A DNA stretch of 63,977 nucleotides, the filler included, from Dirinaria sp. TL-2023a (lineage: Eukaryota), in NCBI GenBank assembly GCA_051941275.1. It is 3 parts of 3 records of this genome, joined end to end, with 100 filler letters (N's around TTAATTAATTAA, not from the genome) between each part and the next. Parts side by side here need not be neighbours in the genome. Positions count along the whole stretch, not along the records: positions 22,220 to 44,294 come from JAVEBF010000236.1; positions 44,395 to 63,977 come from JAVEBF010000324.1; 1 more part is not named here. One strand, given 5' to 3'. A model generated the notes under the pieces. The model saw only the letters and a list, made by a program, of their open reading frames with translations, made no database searches and was not told where the DNA came from. The position numbers and the translations under genes were made by a program. Of this stretch, positions 38,802-51,707 are shown one piece after another (position 1 is the first letter of the stretch; every line of letters begins with the position of its first letter).

Positions 38802-39761
38802 ATGGCCGGCAAAATCGATGTACACACTCATGCTCTGCCCCATTTCTTCCACAATATTCTGCTTTCATTGGGTCAAGATGCAACTGGCGTACCCATGATC
38901 CAATGGTCAATGGATGGCACAAATGACTGGATGAGGAAACTGGACATCGCCACCTCCATCCTCTCTCTAAGTGCACCAGGGCCGGAGATCGCGCCAGACA
39001 TGGAGGGCGTACGCTCCCTGGCTCGTCAGTATAACGAATGGGCTGCCAAGGCCCGCGACGCCGAACCATCGCGCTTCGGTTTCTTCGCCGCTTTGCCGGG
39101 TCTTCACGATTTAGACGGATGCAAGATCGAAATACACCACGCTTTGGACGACCTCCATGCCGATGGGGTCTGCCTCTTTACCACGTATGACGGGAAGTAT
39201 TTGGGTGATCCGGCCTTCGAGCCTATCTGGAAGGAGCTGAACGACCACGATGCGGTAGTCTTCATCCATCCGACCAAAGCGAAAGGGACTCATCTGGTCA
39301 ACGAAATGCTGCAGCCGCCAGCCTTCGACTTCACGCACGAGACCGGTCGAACAGCCGCCGACCTGATCATGACGGGAATGAAACGGCGCTATCCCAAATG
39401 TAAGATCATCCTTTCACACGCCGGCGGAACTCTACCCTTGCTCTCCGAGCGCTTGGCCATCACTGAGCCCAACCTCTTCGGCGACAAACTTCAGCCGGAT
39501 TCTCCAAAGACCTACGAGGACATCCTTGAAGATGCAAAGTCCTTCTACTTCGACCTCGCCTTGGCCGGAACGGCCAATGTGCTGGATATGTTACTGAAAT
39601 GGGCGCCACGCGAGCATATCCTCTATGGTTCTGATTACCCATACGCAACGGTGGAGGCAGAATTCAACACCCAGAAATTGGCCGAATACGAAATTCCGGC
39701 CGAAAATAGAGCAGCGTATTACGCAGAGAATGGTCTGAAGCTCTTCCCGCGTCTGAAGTAG
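38802..39761 (+). CDS. amidohydrolase-2 family aromatic acid decarboxylase (6-MSA/orsellinate decarboxylase-like)
   Basis: KIDVHTH metal motif, SILSLSAPG, RFGFFAALP, YLGDPAFEPIW, VFIHP, ILSHAGGTLP, FYFDLA and ILYGSDYPY. No introns. Confidence 0.85.
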   Translation: MAGKIDVHTHALPHFFHNILLSLGQDATGVPMIQWSMDGTNDWMRKLDIATSILSLSAPGPEIAPDMEGVRSLARQYNEWAAKARDAEPSRFGFFAALPGLHDLDGCKIEIHHALDDLHADGVCLFTTYDGKYLGDPAFEPIWKELNDHDAVVFIHPTKAKGTHLVNEMLQPPAFDFTHETGRTAADLIMTGMKRRYPKCKIILSHAGGTLPLLSERLAITEPNLFGDKLQPDSPKTYEDILEDAKSFYFDLALAGTANVLDMLLKWAPREHILYGSDYPYATVEAEFNTQKLAEYEIPAENRAAYYAENGLKLFPRLK

Positions 39762-40166
39762 TGTTTTTTGTCGACCGTTGTTACTAAGGTTACTAAGAAG
39801 TACGATGTTATTACGCTCATTAGACGATTGTATTCTGTTTCTGATTTTTTGCTCTTTTACTGTGTTTGTAGGTGCCATCTCTTCTGCATACCTCAAGCCA
39901 ATAGCCACCAGAGCTAGAAATAAAGTTATACTCTGTACTCGACTAGCCACATAATTAGCCGATTTCATTGTTGCCATGAATTACTTCCAACGCGCGTGTC
40001 CTCAGCATTGCTAGTGATATTACTACATCAATTGTGGACTAGATCCGCGATATACTTCATTTCGAGGATGGCCTGCGTGAGCCAGCTCTTGGGATTGATC
40101 GCGCTAAGCCCAAACTTTCCAAGTATAACTGTCGGGTATGTACCCGAGCGAGCCGAGGAATCATTA

Positions 40167-40320
40167 CTCGTTTTCACCTACTTTCTTGCCTCACCTACTT
40201 TCTTGTCAGGGTTAGGGTTACAGGCTATTTTTCACCCCATCAAAATACCTTTCATCAACCCTACCTAAGTGAAAAACTGCCTGTAACCCTAACCCTGACA
40301 AGAAAGTAGGTGAAAACGAG
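40167..40320. mobile_element. palindromic MITE-like element with TTAGGG-containing arms
   Basis: About 52-bp near-perfect inverted repeats (CTCGTTTTCACCTACTTTCTTGTCAGGGTTAGGGTTACAGGC..TTTTTCAC). The left arm has a 17-nt-period internal duplication. TA on the left flank. A related copy is at about 58768-58983. Confidence 0.7.
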
Positions 40321-40616
40321 GTAGGCGCTTATCTTAGGGTCTTGTAGACATCGGTCCGTGTGCTGCTTCGCTCCACATCACAAGAATGGAGCGATCATGT
40401 ATGAGAGTCAGAAAAGAAATGGTATAAACCGCGGCCACCGGAAGAGCATTTTCCAATTCTATGGGTCCTTCGTCAAGTATCCCGAGACACGGAAAGTGAA
40501 AAGAGAATTCTATCGATGGAGGATGCCATGACTTCAAATATCACATGAAACTTGTTTACCTTTGTGGTATCATATCTGCTACCAATCTCAAAGATATCAT
40601 GAAGAAGCCGTGACAA

Positions 40617-43233
40617 ATGTCTTCGGAGAGCATTCAGCTCAGAGCTAGCTGGGACCGAACGACTCCAAGCTCCCAACAACGCCAGAAAGACACCGACCAC
40701 GCAGCTAAGAGACCCAAAGTCGAAGAAGCATGCCAGGAATGCAAGAGTCGGAAAGTCCGTTGCGACGGGACACGTCCAGGTTGATGATGCTCGCCTCATT
40801 CCGCCAACCATTTTAAACTGACTTAATTCCAGTATGTGGGACGTGCAGAGGCTCTCATAGGGCGCCACGGTACTGCTTATACAAATCCGATCGGCTATAT
40901 TCTGCTCTTCCGCAGCTGGATGATCGTGTTCGCGTGTTAGGGAATCCGGACGTCAATACAGCATCAACGGCAAATGAACCCGTTAGACCGTATGACCATT
41001 CCAAGCAATGGAACGCAACGATGCAGAGGCAGTCCAGGGTAAGTGCTTCGACTTGCTGCTGTGCTATTACGACTCATATTTAGACTCATAAAATATAGCC
41101 TTCTGCCGGTGCAACCTCTCCCAATAGAATCACTTCCAGCGGAGGTGTCCAAAGGTCATCGCCCAACGCAGACATCGAATACGGTCCGCAGCAGGACACA
41201 TCACAACTGACGCATCCAGCAGTAGAGGCGGTCGATGCTATGGGTAATTTTGGGACTACTGGAAGTAGCTATGGTCCTAGTAGCTCATGCGCTGCAAGTT
41301 TCGTAAAAACCATCAACGATGCAGTTACGGCGAGACTATCTTCAACGAGAAAGCAGCAAAGTGTAGTTTCTTGGGAGGAGTTAAAAGTGTTGCAGCCGGG
41401 ACAATCAGCAGCTGAGATTTTCATGTTACCGCCGCGTAAGGCTGCAGACGAGATGATGGAAGTCTACTGGCATCGGTTCCATGTTCTATTCCCTTTTCTC
41501 TGCCGTCCTCGCTTTACGTCAGTCTATCAGAGCTTGTGGACCGGTGAATACGAGAGCATCAATGAGAGCTCAACATACTGTCTCTTAAACTCCATTTTCG
41601 CCATCTGCTGCCGGTTCACCAAAAAGAACGTGGGGGATGAGAAGGACTCTGCGGCTGAACACTTTTCTCGACGAGCTATTCAATTGTTACAGGTCAACGT
41701 TATTGGGAGCGGCTGTGAAGAATTGGTCCAATCTCTTCTACATATGGCATTCTATTTGCAGAGTACAGACTCTCCCAATACATGCTGGGTGGTGACAGGT
41801 TTAGCAATCAGGATAGCTCAAGGCCTGGGCTTGCATCTTCCGCGAACGAGCTCCAACCTTGGACATCAACAAGATCGTGAAATGACCCGTCGCTTGTGGC
41901 ATGGGTGCGTCTTTGTAGATCGGTAAAAGCCACTAACGTATCAATTCACGTGCCTTGTTGACGTGAATCAGCCTAGTTTCGATGACTCTTGGTCGACCAC
42001 CAACCATCACAAAGACCAACGCACTGTCAATTCCTCTCCCAGCGAGCATTGATGATGAATACCTCTCCATGATTCATGGCTCCGATGGTACCCAACCGCC
42101 AGAAAAGCCTTCGAAGACGGAGTTCTACGTGCAGTTCTTGAAGCTTTATGTACTTCAGGAGGAGACGCTATCGGTGATGTACTCCGATGAAGCGACGGAG
42201 CCAAGTCTCACTCCATCAGAGAGAATCGAACGGCTCGGCTTCGATAACGTCCTTAAAATTGACAGTTCGCTTCAAAAATGGAATGATTCCCTTCCGCCCC
42301 ATTTGAGGGTCCCTAACGGCTCAGATGGGGGGTCCACTGTGCCTGCATTTTCCAAGCAAGCAAATACCTTACATCTTCAGTATGATACCTCTGATGTTCT
42401 CATACTTGAATTCGCATAGCTGATTGTCTTAGCTGGTTACAAGTCAGAATACTGCTCTTACGACCTTTTCTTTCCTTGCTGCTGACGCCCAGTATTCGGA
42501 AGAACTTCTTGGCCCCCTCGAACCGACTAGTGGACCTGCCGCAACTTATGGCAATAGCTTGTGCCAGGAAATGCATCGTCGATGCTCAGAATGTGATCAA
42601 ATTTATAGACACGCGCCAAACATCTATCGACGATCCTTTGCCGGCAGAATATTTTCCAGCATGGTGGATTGGAGTATCCTGTGAGTCACCTTGTTGACCT
42701 GGTCTAGTTCCCCGCCGGATGTAGTGCCTCTGCTAATAAGCTGGTGCGCGTCTGTAGTCATATATACCGCCGCTACCGTGCTTATTCCCGCTCGTAGCTA
42801 TAAGTATATCAGGGGCGATATCCCTCCATCTGACCTCATAGACGCATGGAACAAGTCGCTAGATATTCTTCATCGTCTGAGGCACGTCAGTGCATCTGCC
42901 TCGCGATGCCTGACTGTTTTGAAAGCATTGGATCAAGCGATTGTCTCCGAGGACGGAAATTCACTTGTGACCCATCATGAGGCTGAGAACGTCCGAAACG
43001 GCGAGCAGTATCCCATGCCAATTGTCAACCCGAGTACACCGCTGAATCAGCCTAGTCCTGATGAAATGGCTGCTACAAATGCCGAAATGCTACCGATGCA
43101 GACAGACCAATCATTTCCGGATTCCTCACTACCAGAAATACAAGACTTTGGATGGTTTGACTCTCTGCTGGGGGACTGGTCCGGAATCGATACCTCGGAA
43201 TTTTTCAATGAGTCGCAAGCAAACCTAAACTGA
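40617..43233 (+). CDS. Zn(II)2Cys6 fungal transcription factor with middle homology region
   Basis: ACQECKSRKVRCDGTRP|VCGTC...C, split by an intron at about 40779-40832. MHR motifs LPPRKAADEMMEVYW..FH..FPFL, GLAIRIAQGLGLH, RRLWHGCVFVDR and MTLGRP. Confidence 0.87.
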
Positions 43234-44294
43234 GTGGATTAGAATATATCATCGTCCTCTACGTCTCAAGGAAATTCTACAGTGCCATCGAGATAGTTTA
43301 TCGAGCCCTAGCAGCTTAGCAGGTACTCCCGTGTCGGCTTTTACAAGATCCAAACAAAGGTTCATGCTGTGACGCTGATAGCTGTCCAAGAATTGGAAAA
43401 GGTTTGACTGCCATGCAGGCCCCACACATTCAATCAATCAATCCATGAGTACGATGCTTGTCGTACTTCTCCACATCAATAAACCCATACTTTGACTCAG
43501 TATATTATTGTCGGTCTAATTTACGCAGCGGATCCTCATTCTCTCTCCAATCACCGATGAGTCTGCAAGCAATGGCAAGCCTACAGTGACGCGAAGACAA
43601 GACCGCGCGTCGGTTCGAGATAACCTTCAGTGTTCATCAGCATTATCAATCGTTAGCCTGTACAGTCACACTGCCTCATCAAACAAATAGAGAGCACAAA
43701 AAACCCTATATCGATGCAATCAATACCCTCAGAGCCACTCTTTCCGAGCCCTTCTTCAATTTGAAAAGAAAAAAGGAAAAAAAAAAAAAAAAACCACTAA
43801 ATCCCAAGTTATAGCCATTGACAGCAAGGGAATCATTCTTCAAATATATATTTGTTCTCACGAAGAAGAAGCCGAAAATCCCACAATATGTCCATTCATA
43901 AAGTATTTTTTCATCATACATAAATCCGAAGCCGAAACTGTTTGTTTATTATTATTTTTCGCGCCCTTTTTTTTTTTTTGCTGTCCGGGAGATCGATCAT
44001 TTTCCCACAATCGAACACAACATCACAGAAAAACGACGACTTCATGGTTGCTTGAAGGAAAGAGAGTCCCGACAGTGTAGATAGATATACATCTGAACCT
44101 TGAAAATTTTTGTGTGCATACAAGCGAAGCGAAGAAAAGCAAAAGCAAAAGAAAACAAATTCCGATCTTGTACACTCTATTCAGTGTAAGGGGGGTGAGA
44201 GAAAGAAGGAAATTTGAAAAAAAAAAAAAGAAAAGAAAAAAATATTTTTCCGTAGGAGTAAATACTACTTTCCTCATCCGCATCGCTAAAAACC

Positions 44295-44394
44295 NNNNNN
44301 NNNNNNNNNNNNNNNNNNNNNNNNNNNNNNNNNNNNNNTTAATTAATTAANNNNNNNNNNNNNNNNNNNNNNNNNNNNNNNNNNNNNNNNNNNN
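44295..44394. other. artificial contig linker (N-TTAATTAATTAA-N)
   Basis: Same 100-nt linker as at 22120-22219. Confidence 0.97.
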
Positions 44395-44409
44395 CACCAG
44401 AATAATGTA

Positions 44410-45696
44410 ATGCTATTCCCGAATCGCCAAGTGACCAAGCTCACTGGACACCCTGGTATGTCCCATAGCTTTGGCTCTCACCACATCACTGTCTCTAAAC
44501 TTGATCTGGAGGCCCCGTCCACTGCGTGACCTATAGCGCAGGGCCCCTCTCACAATACGTAAGTAAATAAGAAGGAAGAAGCAAGAAAAACGCCCTTAAT
44601 TTTCATTCTTCTTAATTGAAAAATTCCTTTCTAATCAAAACCCTCTGGACCAGCTCCTCACCGGCTCCAACCGCGATATATATCTCTCCAACCCCGCCAA
44701 ATCCTCCGCCTCGATCCCGAAATCGGGCCTCGTACAGAACTACTCGGCGCATGGCTACGAAGTCCTTGATATCGCGGTTACAGATGACAATGCGCGTTTC
44801 GCGAGCGTAGGCGGCGACAAGCAAGTTTTCATGTGGGATGTCGCAACGGCGCGGACGCTGAGGCGGTGGAGCGGGCATTTTGGACGGGTCAACTGCGTGG
44901 CGTTTGGAGGGGAGGGGGACAGTGTTGTTGTCAGCGGTAATTTTTCCCGAGCAACCTTTTTTTTTTTTTGTTTTATCCTTTCGAAATTGAATGAAAGGAT
45001 GCAGGTAGGCTGATGAGCTCGCGGAGCAGGAAGCTTCGATGCCACCGTCCGCCTGTGGGATTGCAAGAGTCAGGCTGTGAAACCGATACAGGTCTTCGAG
45101 GAGGCGAAGGATAGCGTCAGCAGTCTGCATGTGCAGGGACATGAAATTGTGACGGGCAGCGTGGATGGGAGGTTACGGCTTTACGATTTAAGGATGGGGA
45201 TGGTATTTGTGGACGTTGTTGGCCGTGAGTGGATAGCTCCGAACGGGATTCTGGCGAGCTCGCACTGATGTGGCTGGTAGCATCGATTACATCGGTCCAG
45301 CAGACCAAGGATGGCAATGCTGTGCTCGTCTCTACACTTGACTCGGCAATCCGACTGATGAATAAGGGCAATGGGCAATTGCTGCAGAGCTACAAAGGGC
45401 ATACAAATTCGCAGTATCGAATCAGATCGTGTCTTGGGTTAGCAGACTCTGTAGTTCTAAGTGGCAGTGAAGATGGGCTTCTGTACGCTTGGGATCTTTT
45501 GGAGGGTAAGGTGGTGGAAAAGCTTCGTGCTCACGATGGTAAGGTGGCCAGTGCTGTGGTCTGTAATGCCGTAAGGAAAGAGTGGGCAAGTGGTGGTGTG
45601 GATGGTGAGTTTGAGATGGGGCTGGAATTTTGAGACATTGATTTGCGTGCTAATGCAGTTGCAGGCTCTGTGACTGTCTGGGGCATGCCGGAATGA
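44410..45696 (+). CDS. WD40 protein WDR83/MORG1-like, multi-exon
   Basis: Spliced reading gives TKLTGHPGPVHCVTY, AHGYEVLDIAV, FASVGGDKQVFMWDV, SGSFDATVRLWDC, IVTGSVDGRLRLYDLRMG, YKGHTN..YRI and GSEDG...WDLL, ending GSVTVWGMPE*. Confidence 0.85.
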
Positions 45697-45797
45697 GGCA
45701 GCCTCTTTGGGGAAAAACAGATCACAGGATGCGATAGATGCAGATGGTATATTGAGTGACAATATGCAGATCTCCAGCGGCGTGCCTGGACTCTCAT

Positions 45798-47156
45798 TCA
45801 ATGCAATGCTACACCAAAATCGCCAGATTGAAGTGCCTCCATCGCCCTGCCAAGATCCTTCTCGTCAACCATAACTGTTCCAGCCCTTGCAGTCGACAGA
45901 TATGACATCTCAATTGGGCATACAAGGGGGCCACTCTCGCTCCCTCCGGCGAGCTTACCTGCTACTCCGCAAACGATGCCAGTAGCTTCGAAGGGCAGCG
46001 ACTGGAGATCCAAAGTGATTGGGATCAGAACGTCGTCTTTGTTACCCAACAGCACATTGTCTGGGCCAAAGTCCACAACATGCCTTTTTTCCAGCAATAA
46101 GGACGCTGGTTCTTCCTCAGTCAAGGTGAGGCTCAGGAATTTAGGATGATGGATGAGACACTTGGTGAGTCCGAGTTGGAGGCCAAGTTCGTCCGTCGAG
46201 CGCCTACTTGGATCATCTCTGCGTCCTGCACACTGAACAAGTCGCACTCCCTTGTCTACCGTTGGAGTAATTTCATACCGCTTGAGCAGAGAGAAAGTTC
46301 GAGTCTGTAGTTCACTGACAGTTCTAGGTGGTGGAGTGGTAGGGGATCCCAGTGAGGATGTCGAGGATTTATTTCGATGGTGATGGGCGGCGGGGTTGAC
46401 ATACGCCTCCGCGCTTTCCTGAAAAGTAAACCCTCGCTCCTCGAGCGCACGTACCACTTGACCTCTGGATCTAGCAGGAACCAAGATATAGTCGGAGAAG
46501 TACGTTGTGATGAAGAAAATGGAGCTAGTACGATTCAGCGAGGATCGCAGAAGTTAAGAATACTGGCCAAGGGCCCCATACATGCCTGCTAAAGCCAATG
46601 GACTTGTTAGCTCTAGCACTCGCTGCCCAGCCTCCAGGCCTTCCCCCTCGACTGAAATCACAACGAAATCTTCGGAAGAGATCGTTGCGTGATCGGGTTT
46701 TGGAACACCTGGTCTCGGGAGCTGGCTAGCGGAGGATGCAAAGAATTGCTGTGCTAATTCTTTTGCGCACACGATGGAGCATTCGACCGGCGTTATGGAC
46801 ACGTTTAGGAAGGAATGCTGATTAGCCCAGGAGACCGTCGCCGCTTCATGGTCGTCGATTTCAGGATGCGTTCTCTTCCTTTCCAAGTTTGAGGGAAACA
46901 ACAATTTGAGGACGGACTGCAGGTATCGATGATACTGCGTTAGGGGAATATGAACCAGGCTCAGCTGAGCATCCTATGCCGAGCCATCCTGATCAGCCAT
47001 CTGTGTTGCTTTACTGCTTATGAGAACAAGCACGCCGGGGGCCACCTTAGAGATCATGGGTTTGGTAAGCCCCAATTCCTCCCGAGGTGGCCGCGATGGC
47101 CTTATACTTACAACAAAATGAATGTGCGCGGACATCAACGTCAATGACTGTTCCAT
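45798..47156 (-). CDS. CASTOR/GATS-like ACT-domain protein
   Basis: Motifs FLNVSITPVECSIVC, EGEGLEAGQRVLELTSPLALAG, IFFITTYFSDYILVP, LPFEATGIVCGVAGKL and MSYLSTARAGTVMV. Two introns. Confidence 0.8.
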
Positions 47157-49113
47157 GTCGAGGTTGATCAGCTCGTGGTCATTCAGTGAACGTGCTTGTG
47201 TCTTGCAAGGTATGATACAATGTGCTCTGTTCAGCTAGCTCTCGACTTCTGTTAGATGGTCCAGTGGCAGATATCAGGCTGACGAACCGAGACACTGGGA
47301 TCATTTGAGATGAAGCCGGGAAGGAGGTCGGTAGAAGGTCAATCTCTGGCCATGCATGCCTAACTATATCATGCAAGAAGCTGGATCGGTGTCTTGGAGG
47401 ACCAATGACGATGCCAGTCAATGGACGGCTGCCGGAGCAGCGTTCGTGGAAGATGAAGGAACAGTTGCAGGCGTGGGCTCATTTGGGTGAGATGAGAAAA
47501 ACGTTCGACTACGATGGCTCGAATACCACACAAAGCAAGGGCACTATCCAAGGTGTGAAGACAGTGTCTCCGCTACTAGAGCAACGAATGCTGGATCTTG
47601 CAGAATAGGAAAAGGCATACGAGACAGGCAACGGCATAGAAATTAGTGGAGAAACATACTCTCGTTCAGTCACTGAGGATTAAGTGTCCGTGCTCAGGGT
47701 GACAGCATGCTCGCTGTATGGCGCTGGATAGCCGAACGCAGGCTGGCGGCAGAAGCAATGGAGATACAAAGCCCAAGTTTGGGGGCCAGCGTGGGGTGAA
47801 ATGCGGGAGGAGAAATGGTGTGGGTTGTTTGATGGCCTCGAATGCGGAGTGCAGAGGACGAATGATTGGTGCTGAGGTTGGATAGAAAAAGGGGTCCTTG
47901 CGTCACAAAAGTCGATGGTTCATGCACGCGAGTTATGCCTTGTTAGAGACAAAATAATGCTCTATGTAGAAAGATGTTGACCAAAAGTGTGACAGTCGAA
48001 AGCGGCCTCACACTGTGTGGATGATTCAGTAACAGAAGATAAGTACTTGGGTCGTGTCGAGCACGGCCGCCGAGCAGAGCAATGGATGAATACCTCAAGG
48101 TACCTCAGGATTCAATGACTGCTAAATCCAATTTGGCGGAATGGCGATATCTTCATCAATTATCGCCTAAAGTTCTCCATCAATGGCGTGCGGGAGTGAT
48201 TGGGAAGGAGCCATGTGACTTGCTCTAGCTGACTCGGCCAGCGGGTGCTAAGGTGATCTAACCTAGGTATGTAAAGTACCTTAAGGGATGGAACGACCTA
48301 CTAAACAAGCTGGGGTAAAGTGAAAGGCGTCGAGTCTCCAACGGCAGAGACGTAACTTAGGCGGCGTTGGTAACATTATTGGTGACCTGGTTTCAACGGA
48401 TCCTCGGGATTTGCGGCATGGACAGGGTGAACGATGTATATAGACATGAAAAGTATGAATATGGCAAGCCCATGCCCAACCATGTAGAGGCGGGCCGCCC
48501 CAACAGATCAACCGCGCATACATTCGCTCCTCATGCGTGATGGAGTGCCTTAGGTCAGGTGTTAAATCAATACCTTCCCCCTCACCTGGATAAGGAGCCA
48601 AGTCTGTGTAGGTACCTAGCAGAAAGGAGCCATGCGCCAGTCGAGGACTTGATCCAAAAAGTGTTAGTTTGCTTGAAAATCGAACTACTGATGCAGTTCG
48701 GAGAGGGGGAAGAAATGCCCTTTGCCTCCGTAGTTGCTGTGGCTATTACGTGCAGCGCTCTAAGGTACAGTAAGGCAGCCTAAGGAACATCCACCCGCAT
48801 CCAGAGACCCCACTTCACACCTGCTAGAGTAAAGATACTTCCAGGCACAAAACACGGCCAAACTCTTCTCTCACGCTTGCCTCCCATTGACTGACCAATG
48901 CAGAGAGATGGTGGAGATCCTTCCAGCTCTGCCTGGGCCGCCGATGTCATCGTCTTCTCTCCATTGATGTAATTCGGATTGCTTGATGCTCATCTAGTGC
49001 TGTGGCTTGTCTCCGCCTCTGAAAGCCCAGCACCAGACAGGGTAGATCAGCGTGGGCTTTGAACGAGGTGACGGGTTTTCCGCTTGTGGCTGCGCTGGTG
49101 ATGTGTCACGTTC

Positions 49114-50965
49114 TCATCGGTTCCGGCCGTCTCGATAATGGGCACCATTGTATGGCACTCTATGGTTCTCCGATTGCTGTTGAGGCCATCCTTCTGGATG
49201 CATTGATGCTGGATCCTGACCGCCAATGATTACATTTGGCAAGGCCGGCATGCCGAAACCACCAAAGCCAGGGCCTGGCCGCGTTGACGGCGGAGGCGCA
49301 GGCGGCGGTGAAATGAAAGTGGGGAAGTGGGAGGAGTTCCCTTGTGACTGAGGACGTTGCGTGGATGAAGGGAGTGGCGGTGGGGGAGGTGGCCAAGGCC
49401 CAGTGTAATTTGGAGGCGGCGGCGGAGGAATTGGTAGTCCGTTAGGTCCAATTGGAAATGCTCCATTCAATGCGGCGGGAAGCGGCAGCGATGGGCGAGG
49501 GGAAGGTCGGTTTCCTGACCGAATTGGCTGCGCTTGTAGGACTGTAGATGATGCTATCGATCGTCCTATAGAGCTTGATCTCGATCTCGACACTGACCGT
49601 TCGCGTTGACGAGACCGCCGTGGGCTGCGAGAATCCTCGTACCGTCTTCTATCTGACCTCCCTCGTGATTGACGAGGGCTTACTGCTCGCGAAGGCGAGG
49701 GCCTTTGCCCTTTAGAAGCAGTATTCCAGTTTTGGCTGTTGGATCTCGGAGGAGAATGGGAGATAGATCTGGACGGGCTCCGCGACCTGCCTCTACTAGT
49801 GGAGTCGCTGTATCTCCTCCGCTTCCGTGGACTCAGGCTACTCTCAGAACTAAGGTCACGTCCAGTGTGTGTAACAGAATTTTTCTCGCCACCACGCCGC
49901 CTTTGCATTTTTTCGCAGAAAGCTTTGGACCACCCATAATATCCTTCGCCGTCGATAGTTTCGCCTGCGAGCTCATCCCGAATAGCAGGCTGGCCCAAAG
50001 CATCGATATCTGCGATTGCATTGTCGTCGTACCAGTCACCTTTCCCGTATAGCGAGTCAATATCTTTCATAAGAACCTTGACTGCTGCTACTAGAGCCTC
50101 GTCAGCAGGACCAGCAGCGAATTGAAGTGGCTTCACTAGTTGCGGTTTAATTGGGGCGGGGAGGTTTGGAATGATGTGCGGCATCATATTGCCTGCAGGT
50201 AGATCATAGAATGGAGTTGAAATATCCCCATGATTTGCAGGCAATATAAAGGGAGAATCCCTTTGGTGCTCGTTTAGCTCTTCTGCTTTCGCATTGGATC
50301 CTCCTGTGTCGCCATCCTTCACCGGAAAGCCAGTGCTAGGCACAGTTCTGGTGATATATCGAATCTCGTCAAGGTATGCCCTCGGATAATAATCCTTTTC
50401 CTCCCACAAATCGATAAGGGCTAGGATCTTCCTGTGGTGTTTGCTGTAGGCTTCTCCGCCTGAGGCAGAAGCGTGCCGAAATAATTCCACAAGGTGGGGT
50501 TGTATATTGTGACTAAAGGTAGGATAAAACGGGGATAGATCGTTGTGAAACTTGGTGTTGTGTAGCAGATCATTGACAAGATATAGGATATGAAGCTGCT
50601 TCCGCCGACTGGACGGCTCTTTGCCAGGAGTTGACCGGCGCTGATCAACTGCAGACGCATCTGCCAGCGATGATACTAAAGCTATCAGATATTTTCCGAC
50701 GGCCGCCGCCCTAGCTGTAGAAGACACGGCGTTCTTCAAGAGCCAATCTTTACAAAACTGTTCTCAGATCTTTATTTAGCCTTCCCATCATTCCATGAAG
50801 ATGCTGCCATCAAACCTGGACATTGGCCGGAGTGCATCGCATACAAACGCTCTCCAGCAAGGTGTGGAAATTAGCGACTTCGTTGCGTGATACAGGAACT
50901 GGATCGGGCCTCAGCATTCCAGCGGCCAACGAGGCTTTTGCAATGGCAAGCGAGTGAGCTGCCAT
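49114..50965 (-). CDS. CID (RNA Pol II CTD-interacting domain) protein with RS-rich and Pro-rich tail
   Basis: Exon 1 MAAHSLAIAKASLAAGMLRPDP...CTPANVQ, intron at about 50758-50815, then CKDWLL...RRKQLHILYLVNDLLH...LIDLWEEKDYY, followed by YYGWSKAFC and RS repeats. Confidence 0.8.
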
Positions 50966-51253
50966 GATGGTGAAATGTTCCGAATCGAGCTCAGGATAGA
51001 CTGTTCACATCCCCAGGTTTGCAAAGAATCAGATAACGAATAAGGTCACCGACATGCTAGATTACTCAAAAGAAATCCCATGCTTTAAGTACTTAGGCAG
51101 GTAAGGTAGCTCGGGTAGATGGTGGAGTTCGAAAGTGTAACGTAAGGTATGTAAGTAAGGTAAGATACGTTTAGTACCTTTTCTTGCCTTACCTCATAGA
51201 GGTCGGAAGGTCGTTCAAATTGGGGCAAGTACCTAAGGTACCTTAGGTAAGGT

Positions 51254-51707
51254 CAGTACCTCCGCATAAGTCTACTTCCAACCCCTATTTTACACCAAAA
51301 CTGACCTTCTGCGCAATTACAAAACCACCTTTAGATACTTCTGTAATTTCTTCAAACTTTCAAAAGTTTCAGATATTTACTCTATCTAAAACTTCACTTA
51401 CTCAGATTTTCAAAAATACTATCGTGTTTCGAACAGCATGCTCATGTATGCGATCGTAAGTAAAAATCATGTTTTTCTCATACAAATTCGAGCATTTTCA
51501 ACAATGCATTTACTCTCGTGCACACTCCCAACATCAAAGAATAGCGATCAAAAATTCGAATCGATAGAATAACGTAATCTGCTAAATTCTACAACTTCGT
51601 CTGCAGATAAAAATTTTTGTTAACTGTGAAGTTTTTTGTGTCGCCTACGAAGTTGATGGGTTTTGGTGTAAAAAGAGGGTTAGACGTAGACTTTTGCGTT
51701 AGTACTG
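51254..51707. mobile_element. non-autonomous Tc1/mariner-like MITE (454 bp)
   Basis: About 48-bp imperfect TIRs: left CAGTACCTCCGCATAAGTCTACTTCCAACCCCTATTTTACACCAAAAC, right (reverse complement) CAGTACTAACGCAAAAGTCTACGTCTAACCCTCTTTTTACACCAAAAC. CAGT...ACTG ends, TA on the right flank, AT-rich non-coding interior. Confidence 0.75.

Noticed and set aside
43700..44294. ORFs in the A/T-run-rich end of contig 2
   Set aside because: Poly-Lys/Phe translations of homopolymer tracts, not credible proteins.
13617..47156. GTR1 and CASTOR-like gene as a clustered TORC1 amino-acid-sensing locus
   Set aside because: They lie on different contigs joined artificially, so there is no evidence of linkage.
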